Shown: positions 40,699-51,090 of the stretch, one piece after another
Position numbering within the stretch: the stretch's first letter is position 1
How the letters are laid out: each line of letters starts with the position of its first letter
Assembly (NCBI RefSeq): GCF_963921235.1
Contig: NC_086097.1
Coordinates: forward strand, 60,390,001 to 60,454,000
Length of the DNA stretch: 64,000 bases
Direction: 5' to 3'
Source of the DNA: Mobula hypostoma
Lineage: Eukaryota
Position numbers and translations under genes: made by a program
The notes under the pieces: model-generated
The model's database searches: none
Seen by the model: the letters and a program-made list of their open reading frames with translations, nothing else
Told to the model about the DNA's origin: nothing

Positions 40699-41748
40699 AT
40701 CATCATCATCATCAGGTGCTATGCCCAGTTTGAGCTTTAACTGCCATGGCCCACACACTCCTGTTTCGGGTCAAGTGGATCAATTCATTGGTATTCATTT
40801 CCAGTTCTCTGGCTGCTGTCTCCATCATCATTTGTCTTTGTCTTCCTCTTGCTTTTTTTCCTTTAATCATTCCCATAATTACCGTGTATTCCAACTCCTC
40901 TTTCCTAATCACATGTCCAATGAAGTTACGTTGCCTTTTCATGATCTCATACATTATTTCTCTTCTTGTGTTTGCTCTGTTCATGACATCTTCATTAGAT
41001 ATTCATTTCATTCATGATATTCTTTGCATCCTCAAAAACCACATCTTTGCTGCTTCAATTTGTTTCCTCACGTTACTAGATATTATCCAACATTCTGAGC
41101 CATATAACATAACTGGATAAACGTAACATTTCTGTACTCTGAGGCAGGTTGTCATGCCTAGTTTAGTATTGGTCAGTATACTCTTCATTCTCGTAGAAGT
41201 GTCTTTTGCCATCCCAATTCTTCTTTTGATGTCCATGTTGCACCTGCCATCTGATGTCACCCATCTTCCTAAGTAGCAAAGGTTCCGTACTTGTTTTATG
41301 TCTTCCCCGTTTATTCTCAGCCTGCAGATAGGATTCTCCTTCTTTTTGGATATCACCATACATTCTGTCTTTTTGCAACTGATAGATAGACCCACTTTTG
41401 CACTTCCTTCAACAATTATATCAATTAAGTTTTATAGTTCTTTCTCCGTACTTGCAATTAATTCAGTGTCATCTGCATATCTGAAATTATTGATGCTTTC
41501 ACCGCCAAGTTTGATTCCCAAGATGTCTCTTATTGTTTGTAATATTGTTTCACTGCACACATTAAATAAATCAGGGGAGAAAACATACCCTTGGCTAACG
41601 CCTCTCTTGATTTTCGTAAACTGACTCACTTCTCCATCTATTCTTCCAGCAGCAGTTTATTCCCAGTACAGATTCCTGATTAGGCCGAGGTCTTTTGAAT
41701 CTAGATCTAGAGTTTTCTGTAATATTGCAAATAACTTATTGTGTTTCA
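40699..41748 (-). mobile_element. RTE-clade LINE, 5'-truncated, with (TGA)n tail
   Basis: KRGVSQGYVFSPDLFN, INNFRYADDTELIA, YPVMLYGSECW, FIGHVIRKEELEYTVIMGMIKGKKARGRQR. Confidence 0.92.
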
Positions 41749-41777
41749 TATTCTACTTTTATGGTTTTATGATCCTA

Positions 41778-42105
41778 TAAGAACATAAGAAATAGAAGAA
41801 TAATCAATACAGTATTTTCCATCTCAATCTCATTCTCCTGCCTCCTCCCAACAATCTTTGATGCCTTTATTAATCAACAACCTATCAACCTCCACTTTAA
41901 ATGATCTTCAATGACTTGCCCTTTACAACTGTCTGTGGCAATGAATGTCTCAGATTCTCCACCCCTTCCCTGCAGAAATTCCTCCTCACCTCTGTTATAA
42001 AGGGACATCCTTGTATTCTGAATCTGTGCCCTCTGGTCCTAGAATCTTTCACTATTTTGAACTTTCTCTCTATGGCCACTCTATTCAGACCTTTCAATAT
42101 CCAGT
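41778..42105 (-). mobile_element. CR1 3' end
   Basis: SRTRGHRFRIQGCPFITEVRRNF peptide; (ttcttat)n-like tail. Confidence 0.8.
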
Positions 42106-42129
42106 AATTTAAAATTCTATGTTTGGTAA

Positions 42130-42352
42130 GTACCATTAACTTTAAATTCCTTGGCGTTTTCATATCAGAAGACCTGTCCTGGGACCACCATGTAAGTGTC
42201 ATTCCAATGAAGGTACAGTTATGTGTCTACTTTCTTGGAAGTTTGCGAAGATTTAGCATGTCATCTAAAACTTTGACAAGCTTCTATAGGTGCACAGTGG
42301 AGAGTTTCCTGATTGGCTGCATCATGGACTAGAATGGAAACACCAATGCCCA
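42130..42352 (+). mobile_element. Rex1/Babar-type internal fragment
   Basis: FKFLGVFISEDLSW...FYRCTVESFLIGCI. Confidence 0.8.
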
Positions 42353-43469
42353 ATGTGTTGGCCATCAGGTATCCAACAAGCTGCCGTCTCTCTATACAGT
42401 AAGGTTCAGTTCATTTTCAGGCCACCTGCCTGAATATAAAAGTCCTTTTAGTTGCTCAGTACCATTATCTAGGCAAACCAGCATGCCTCTCATGGGCAGT
42501 TTAACACTTTTTCAAGTTAAGAGTCAGATTGGTTGCCTCCTTGGGAACAACTTCCAACTAATAGTCAAGAAGTGTGAGACGGGTGATGCATGAAGGTGGT
42601 GGGATTGTAATTGCCAGTTTTGGGGGAAACCTCTTCCTCTTTCTAGTGCTGCAAAAATAATCTTTGTTTAAACTCAAAATGTCATTCACAGAAGATTCTT
42701 GAGTGTGGTACATTGTCTCCAGCCTGTAGTTCACTGATAACCTGTTAAGGATAGCTGAAACTGGCACTGGTTTCGAGTGGAGCCTAACACCTATTTCTGC
42801 TGGCCTGCATGGTGCCCGGGGATACAGGCCCAGTAAATTTAACTGACTCTATCCATCTCTCCACTAAATTCAAAGCAATCAAAAGCAAGAAAGTGCAGGT
42901 GCTTGAAATTTGAAAAATAAATTAAATGCTGGAAACACTTAGCAGGTTGGACAGCATCTGTGAAGAAAGAAGCAAAGTTAATGTTTCAGGTTGTAATCTC
43001 CCATCAAATATTGACTTTGGAACAACTATTTGCTGCCTATGAGCATACGTCGATTTCTCAAAAAATATTCCTACTTCATGGAAACATGAAGTAGAACTTA
43101 AAGCTCTCAATCTGCCTTCCCTGTGTATCTTGAGCAGGATCTATCTGTTTCTGAACAGGTTTCACACTTTGTGTTTAAGTACTATAAATACTCTATTAAT
43201 GACTTAGATTCTTTCTGCTTGACAGCCCTGGCCAAAGCTTCTGGGTACCTTTTGCTGGTGGAGCATTTCAAAAGAAATGGAGCAGAAATCTTTTCTTATT
43301 GCTTAAACATGATTCAAAAATAAAACAGCAATCCTCACAGGACATATACCGTATATGTAAGTAAAGTCACAGTTTGCATAATCGTCTGATAACTTTCCAT
43401 AGGAGCCTTAATCAAGAGTGTCCTGTCTCTGTTGTATGGATGCTGCAAGACCCTACAGAGGATAGTAAA

Positions 43470-43935
43470 AACCAATGAGAGTATCATTGGGGTTTCCCTC
43501 CTGCCTATTTGTGACATTTACTGGGAGCTTTGTATATGAAGGGCTCAAAGCATTGTTGAGGATCCCTACCACCCACTGCACAACCTCTTTGACTCACTAC
43601 CACAAGGAAGGAGGTACAGGAGCATCAGGACTATGTGTGCCAGACTGGGCAACAGCTTCTTCCCCAAGGCTGTGAGACTAATGAAAACACTCCCACCATC
43701 GAGTAACAAGATGTTCACAGATACTTCACTGCACACTGCTTACCCATGCTGCACACTTCACAAGCATTTATAATTATACTGTAGTAACTTATTTGTAATA
43801 ATAGTTTGTTTCATGTGCTGTGTGTGATAAATGTATTGCGCGTACACTGTGGTCCGGAGGAACGTTGTTTCATTTGGTTGTATGCATGTACAGTCAGATG
43901 ACAATAAACTTGAACTTCAACTTGAACTTGAACTT
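43470..43935 (+). mobile_element. Rex1/Babar-type 3' end
   Basis: ggaaggaggtacaggagcatcagg...aacagcttcttcccc; aataaa followed by a (cttgaa)n tail. Confidence 0.75.
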
Positions 43936-46409
43936 TTGCATGGAGACTTTAAAGTCAAAACTGGCATGAAGCATTCATTATCTTCGCAATTGTCATTATT
44001 TTATGGTGAACACAATAAGTACAAGTATTGTCAATACCTAGTATGCTATTCCAAATTTCAACTTTGATCTCAATCTATTATTTATTGCTATTTATTTATA
44101 TTTGCATTTGCACAGTTTGTTGTCTTCTATGCTCTACCTGATTTTTCGTTGATTCCTGCTTACAGTTACAACTCTATGGATTTGCTGAGGCTGCTCACAG
44201 CAAAAAGAGTCTCATGGTGTTATGTGGTGACATATACGGTATGTACTCTGATAATAAAATTTACTTTGAACTTTTGAGCTTTGGATGCAAGTCATTCCCG
44301 TTGCTATGAATGTTTTTGAATAAAAGGTCACACATGGTGGAGAATTTCAGATTTATCACAGACTGCAGTGTTCATTGCCATAAGCATTAATCACCAGCAA
44401 CTCTTCTAACTAGGTCAACTCGATTGAAAACCAACAGCAGAGACCTGCTTTTCCGATTTCATGGACGTAATCTGAAACCTTGTCTGGGATGTAGCTCCGT
44501 GGAGTAACACCATTGCCCCTAAGTCAGAACATTTTTGATTCATGTTGTTCCTGCAGACACTGAAACATGAAAATCTAGTCTAGCACATCAGTGTAGTGCT
44601 AAAAAATAGAAAAGCTGGCCTGAAAAGTTTCAGTACATTGCCAGAGAATTCTAGCACCGTGAAGATGAAAATTGTGTTAATGTGAGAGAGTTAACACCAG
44701 CTGTTAATGACCTTGTGTAAGATTTTCATTGTATCCTGAGAGTTATTTTCTGGTATCCAGTTCATTTCAGTAACTTCAACAGTAGTGTCATGTCCAAATT
44801 TTGTCTCGCGTGAGATTTCTAACAATATTGGTTGAACTAATGACTGAAACTGTTCAAACACCAAAGAACCAACTATTATTAATGCAGAAAGCTCCAAAGC
44901 AGCAGCATTATTTAACATATTCAAAGGACCAGACCTCTGTTAACCCTCTGCAAAACAGATTTCAAGTAAATTAACCCAAACTAGGATCTCAGGTACCACA
45001 CTACCAGGTGGTCTCAGCTGCCACCCCTCACAGTTACAAGGCCAGAAATATCAGAAAGGATTTAGTGAAAAGGAGGGTGAGAAATGAGTGACATTCGGGA
45101 AAAGAGCATTTACAGTAACAGAGGTAGAACCCAATACTTTCTCAACCCAGGCTCCACAGGGCACACCACTTTTAACAACAATTCTTGTTGGAATAATAAC
45201 AGTGCAGTTTATCGTTGCAAAAAGTGGGTCCTCATTTGTGGCCTCTGGAAGCCTCAAGTATAATTGCCTGCTCTGTTCTGAAAATCAAAGTCAGGTTCTC
45301 CCTCATACGCAGTGAGCTTACATGTGAAAGTCCGAAAGCTGCTTATGCTGAGATGTGCCATGTGTGGCTCTGTGCTACTCACTTCACTGCTGTATTGCAA
45401 AGTCCAAAAAAAATTTCAGCCATTATTGTGCAACCGATAGTATTTGCTCATATCAACCTTAAAGTTTTGAGCTGGAAGAGGCAGTTGCTGCTTGTAAGTT
45501 TCCCCAAAATACAATGATTCGAAGAGGGCACTCTTGTTCTTACAGAGTCCTTCCTGGTGAACCCTGCTTCAAGTGATCTTGCACTAGGAACAGTTCTTCA
45601 AAAGCTTGTGCAGATTTCTTTCTCACTGGGGGAGAGAGGAAACTGACACTCAGCTTCTGGTATTGTGGCACACACTTACTCCTTGTCAATGTTCTCCGAT
45701 ATCTGGAAGGGTGCTGGTTGTATTATATTTTGAACACTTAAGGGCTGGTTTCTAGAATCAGAGCTGTAATAATAAGAGATATTGGCTCAAGAAATTTGAC
45801 TAACCCCTAACTTTTGTGAAGTTGTTGTAAGTTTTCAAAACAGCAAAAAGACCTTTTAAGTTGCAGCAAAAATATGGTATGGGCAGGGTTCTAATCTGTT
45901 ATCTTTCAAATGTGATGTTAAAGTGAACCCTATGGGCTAAATCCTGTGAAAATAAAAGGTTTTGTGGTTCTGTTTCAGAGAATCTCTAAGGTGCTAGATC
46001 TGAGAACCTGGAGGATTAGAACAGCAAGTGAGGGAAGAGCCATCTATACCTAGAAATGTCAGGGAATGAGGCAGAAGGATAAATTATAAATACAGAATTT
46101 ACCTTCTGCAGTGACAATCCCATCTTGTATGGTGAACACATTTAAAGATAACTGTTCCAACAACTTGATCTAACTTCCCTTCCAGCACACTGGCACTGAG
46201 AGCCTGGCATTCTGTCAAGCACCGCACAATTACAACCTGTAATCTGTTTCCGTGGTCTTTTGTAGGCAAGCCACACCCTTCTTTCCCTTTGGCCCTCCTT
46301 TCTTGCACATCGTGCAAGGTTGGTACCATACCCTGAGAAAAGGGAGCTCACATTCAGCTCATGAAGGCCATCTCCACCTGCTCCTGCACGAGTGGCATGT
46401 GGGTGGCAA

Positions 46410-47155
46410 TATCAGCAAGACCAAGGAGCGGATTATTGATGTCAGGTGGAGGAACCCAGAGGTCTATGAATCAGTCCTCATTGGGAGAATCCGAGGTGGA
46501 GAGGGTCAGCAACTTTAAATTCCTTGGTGTTATCATTTCAGAGGGTCTGTCCTGGATCCAGCACGCAAGTGCCATTATGAAGAAAGCATGGCAGCATCTC
46601 TAGTTTCTTAGACAATAGCAAAGATTCGATATATCATCTGAACCTTTGACAAACTCCCATTAGATGTGCAGATGAGAATATATTGATTTGTTGCATCATT
46701 GCCTAATATGGAAACCACAATGTCCTCGAATGGAAATGCCTACAAACCTAGTGGATAAAGTTCACTCCATACAGGTAAGGCTCTCCTCACCATTGAGCAC
46801 AGTCATAGGAAAGCAGCATTCACCATCAAGGTCCTGCACCATCCCAGTCTGCTCTTCTCTTGCTACTACCAACAGAGAAAAGGTACAGGAGCCTCAGAAC
46901 CCACACTGCCAGCTGCAGGGACAGTTATTCTGTCTCAACTTGTCAGGTTCTCGAACCACAAGGAATAACTTCAGTCACCTTCACTTGCTCCATTACTGAA
47001 CAGTTCCCACAACCTATGGACTCACGTTCAAGGAGATTACATCCCATGTTCTTGATATTCATTGTTTATTCTGTGAATACCCACAAGAAAATGAATCTCA
47101 GGGTTGTATATGGTGACATGTATGTACTTTGATGATAAATTTACTTTGAACTTTA
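46410..47155 (+). mobile_element. Rex1/Babar-type fragment, degraded
   Basis: VERVSNFKFLGVIISEGLSW; 3'UTR ending ataaatttactttgaacttt. Confidence 0.75.
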
Positions 47156-47613
47156 AATGTTAAGCTTTCAACTTTTATATTACCTGATGACTGGGCTTGT
47201 TCTTCAGCTGTCTCTGGAGTCTCTGGAGAGCACCAGTGACTAACTACCTCAAAATCAGGTTTAGTATCACTAACATAAAGCTGTGAAATTTGTTGTTTTG
47301 CAGCAGTAGTACAACACAATACATAAAATAGATCAGAAATTATAATATGGATATATATATATACTCTCTATATAGTATACAAGCAGTGCAAAGTGAGAAC
47401 AAAAATATTAAGATAGTGCTCATGGCTTCATGAACCATTCAGAAATCCGATGGGAAAGGGAAGAAGCTGTTTCTGAAGTGTTGGGTATGTGCCTTCAAGC
47501 TTCTATACTTCCTCCCTGTTTGTAGTAATGAGAAGAGATGCTGGAAATTCAAGCAACACATACAAAATGCTGGTGAACGCAGCAGGCCAGACAGCATCTA
47601 TAGGAAGAAGCAC

Positions 47614-47649
47614 AGTCGATGTTTTGGGCCTAGACCCTTCGTCAGGACT
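47614..47649 (-). ncRNA. Degenerate minimal hammerhead ribozyme motif in the Penelope terminal repeat
   Basis: AGTC-CTGACGA-AGGGTCTAGGCCC-AAAA-CATC-GACT; stems I and II present, GAAA core changed to AAAA. Confidence 0.65.
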
Positions 47650-49841
47650 AACTGAAGGAAGAGATGGTAAGAGATTTGAAAGTGGGAGCGGGAAGGGGAG
47701 ATCCGAAATGATAGGAGAAGACAGTAAGGGGAGAGATGGAGCTAAGAACTGGAAAGTTGATTGGCAAAAGGGATATAAGGCTGGAAAAGGGAGAGGATCA
47801 TGGGACGGGAGAAAGAAAGGGAGAGGGGAGTACCAGAGGAAGATGAAGAACAGGCAAGGAGTTATTGTGAGAGGGACAGAGAGAGAGAAAAAAAAGGGGA
47901 AAATAATAAATAAATAAACAAACAAACAAACAAACAAACAAATAAATAAATAAGGGATGGGGTAAGAATGGGAGGAGGGGCATTAACGGAAGTTAGAGAA
48001 GGCAATGTTCATGCCATCAGGGTGGAGGCTACCCAGACGGAATATAAGGTGTTCCTCCAACCTGAGTGTGGCCTCATCTTGACAGTAGAGGAGGCCATGG
48101 ATAGACATATCAGAATGGGAATGGGACATGGAAATAAAATGTGTGGCCACTGGGAGATCCTGCTTTCTCTGATGGACAGAGCGTAGGCGTTCAGCGAAAT
48201 GGTTTCCCATTCTGCATCAGGTCTCACCAATATGTAGAAGGCTGCACTGGGAGCACCAGATGCAGTATATCACACCAGCCGACTCACAGATGAAGTGTCG
48301 CCTCACCTGGAAGGATTGTCTCGGGCCCTGACTGGTGGTGAGGGAGAAAGTGTAAGGGCATTACGAGGATAAGTGCCTGGAGGGAGATCGGTGGGAAGGG
48401 ACGGGGGGGGGTGTGAATGGACAAGGGAGTCGTGTAGGGAGCGATCCCTGCGGAAAGCCGAGGGGGGCAGAGGGAAAGATGTGCTTGGTGGTGGGATCCT
48501 GTTGGAGGTGGCAAAAGTTATGGAGAATTATATGTTGGACATGGAGGCTGGTGGGGTGGTAGGTGAGGACAAGGGGAACCATACTCCTAGTGGGGTGGCG
48601 GGAGGATGGAGTGAAAGCAGATGTGCGTGAAATGGGAGTGAAGCGTTTGAGAGCAGAGTTGATGGTGGAGGAAGGGAAGCCCCTTTCTTTAAAAAAGGAG
48701 GAGATCTCCTTCGTCCTGGAATGAAAGGCCACATTCTGAGAGCAGATGTGGCGGAGACGTAGAAATTGAGAGAAGGGGATGGCATTTTTGCAAGAGACAG
48801 GGTGGGAAGAGGAATAGTCCAGGTAGCTGTGAGAGCCCATAGGCTTATAGTAGACATCAGTAGGTAAGCTGTCACCAGAGATAGAGACAGAAAGATCAAG
48901 AAAGGGGAGGGAGGTGTTGGAAATGGACCATGTAAATTTGAGGGCAGGGTGGAAGTTGGAGGCAAAGTTAATGAAGTCAACGAGTTCAGCATGCGTGCAG
49001 GAAGCAGCGCCAATGCAGTCATTGATGTAGCAAAGGAAAAGTGGGGGACGGATACCAGTATAGGTTTGGAACATGGACTATTCCACAAAGCCAACAAAAA
49101 GGCAGGCATAGCTGGGACCCATACGGGTGCCCATGGCTACACCTTTAGTTTGGAGGAAGTGGGAGGAGTCAAAGGAGAAATTATTAAGAGTAAGGACTAA
49201 TTCTGCTAGACAGAGAGAGTGGTGGTAGAAGGGAACTGGTTAGATCTGGAATCCAAAAAGAAGCGGAGAGATTTGAGACCTTCCTGGTGGGGGATGGAGG
49301 TATATAGGGACTGGACATCCATGGTGTAAATAAGGCGGTGGGGACCAGGGAAATTAAAATCCATGGCCTCCTCTACTGTCAAGATGAAGCCACACTCAGG
49401 TTGGAGGAACAACACCTTATATTCTGTCTGGGTAGCCTCCAACCTGATGGCATGAACATTGACTTCTCTAACTTCCGTTAATGCCCCTCCTCCTGTTCTT
49501 ACCCCATCCTTTTATTTATTAATTAATTTATCTATCTATCTATCTATCTATTTATTTATTTATCCATTCATTCATTCATTCATTCCATTTTATTTCTCTC
49601 TCTGTCCCTCTCACAATAACGCCTTGCCTGCTCTCCATCTTCCTCTGGCGCTCCCCTCCCCCTTTCTTTCTCCCTTGGCCTCCCGTCCCATAATCCTCTC
49701 ACTTCTCCAGCCTTGTATCTCTTTTCCCAATCAACTTTCCAGCTCTTAGCTTTCTCCTTCCCCATCCTGTCTTCTCCTATCATTTCAGATCTCCCCCTCC
49801 CCCTCCCACTTTCAAATCTCTTACTATCTCTTTTTTCAGTT

Positions 49842-49877
49842 AGTCCTAACGAAGGGTCTCTGACCGAAACGTCAACT
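49842..49877 (+). ncRNA. Degenerate minimal hammerhead ribozyme motif in the inverted Penelope repeat
   Basis: AGTC-CTAACGA-AGGGTCTCTGACC-GAAA-CGTC-AACT; GAAA and palindromic ACGT intact, CUGA changed to CUAA. Confidence 0.65.
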
Positions 49878-49915
49878 GTGCTTCTTCCTATGGATGCTGT
49901 CTGGCCTGTGGCATT

Positions 49916-50774
49916 TGTTACGTACCCCGTAACTGGGTTGCCAAACCAGCAGAAATGGATCACTCAGTTGGAGTCTGGAGTACTAGAACTAAGAAAGTTT
50001 TATTAAAGAAACAAGCAACACAGTAATCGAAAGGATAATAAATGCAACAATTCAACAATGATAACCACACATGTGCACAGAATTAAGATAACAGCATCAA
50101 TCAAGCTCTATCGTTGTCTAGGGGTAAATGACCAATTTCAAAATGACTCAAAGTTCAGTCCAGTTTGTAGTTCAGTTCGCAGTAATCGTTGCCATGGCGA
50201 TGGACAAGGTGGGGGAAGAGAGACAGAATAGGAACAACTGATCATTCAGAACACGGCTTCACTCACAGACCAGCGGGATGGCTCACAAACAGCATTTGGG
50301 CGGGTCCTTGGTGATGTCACCTGAGGTCACCGACTGTGACCCCTCCTCCAGATGCGGTCGATCCTCTGCAGTGAACCCGGCACCCAGGCAAGGGCGGACA
50401 CACACCGGGTTCCCGCTGATCGTACCTTTCCACCCTGGTCGTTGTCTGGCACTTCTCACCCACTCGTGAGAAGCGTACCGCTTCCAGGGTCTCGTTACCT
50501 CGGGTGGCGTGTGTGTCTGTCTTAGCGAACCTGTCCCTTTTTATCCCCCTGCTGGGGTATCGCCTGTCCATCACTTCAAACAGTTCAGGGTTCAAAGGGG
50601 GGAGCCGCTCCAGACAGCTCTCTCTCCCACATCCCTTCATTACACATCTCCAGACGCTGCTCCATTGTTCCTTATCTCTCCTTCCCCTGAGGGCAGGTGG
50701 CAGACCAACTGCTGATGCCACTGATGCTAGCCCAGGCCAGCAAACATCTTAATTTTATGTGTATTCTCGTAACA
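49916..50774 (-). repeat. 3' LTR (859 bp)
   Basis: Direct repeat of 54088-54944; AATAAA on the minus strand at 49999-50004. Confidence 0.96.
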
Positions 50775-50786
50775 CTTCCCCCCTTT
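50775..50786 (-). promoter_or_regulatory. Polypurine tract
   Basis: AAAGGGGGGAAG immediately upstream of the 3' LTR on the minus strand. Confidence 0.9.
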
Positions 50787-50899
50787 AAGGATTTTTACCG
50801 GGAGGTAAAAATTACAAACATGACTACATTATCTGATACATACACAATATACATCTTTAACAGTTATTTAGCTAATACAGAGAATTTGAAGCTGTCAAC

Positions 50900-51020
50900 A
50901 CCTTGACAGACAGTCATCACATTTTCTGTTCCTTTTACACGTGTTATTAATAATCCCTTAGACCAGGCTCCAACTCAGCAAACTTCATAGTGGCCAAAAA
51001 CACTGATGAATTGCGACCAC
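50900..51020 (-). pseudogene. RNase H C-terminal remnant
   Basis: Frameshifted pieces GRNSSVFL / LLSWSLV / ITRVKGTENV / DCLSR resemble Gypsy RNase H DHNPLVFL...LMRWSL...IKGTENVIADCLSR. Confidence 0.7.
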
Positions 51021-51090
51021 TGTAACCTCTCATTTGGTTTTGTCCCGGACCACAACAACAAGGGTCGTCCCATTCCGACTCAATTTTCTC

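Larger units (their letters stand above)
37670..40700 (+). mobile_element. CR1 LINE with internal deletions, host to a nested SINE and a nested CR1
   Basis: Endonuclease colinear with 13900-14400 and 15190-15310; jumps to RT near 39720; LVKPHLEYGEQFWAP; 3'UTR to about 40700. Confidence 0.85.

Noticed and set aside
44691..45517. Cluster of short ORFs on both strands
   Set aside because: No consistent frame or recognisable protein similarity
50317..50721. 134-aa ORF, duplicated at 54487-54891, and overlapping plus-strand ORFs
   Set aside because: Lies wholly within the LTRs, so the duplication is trivial; no recognisable domain
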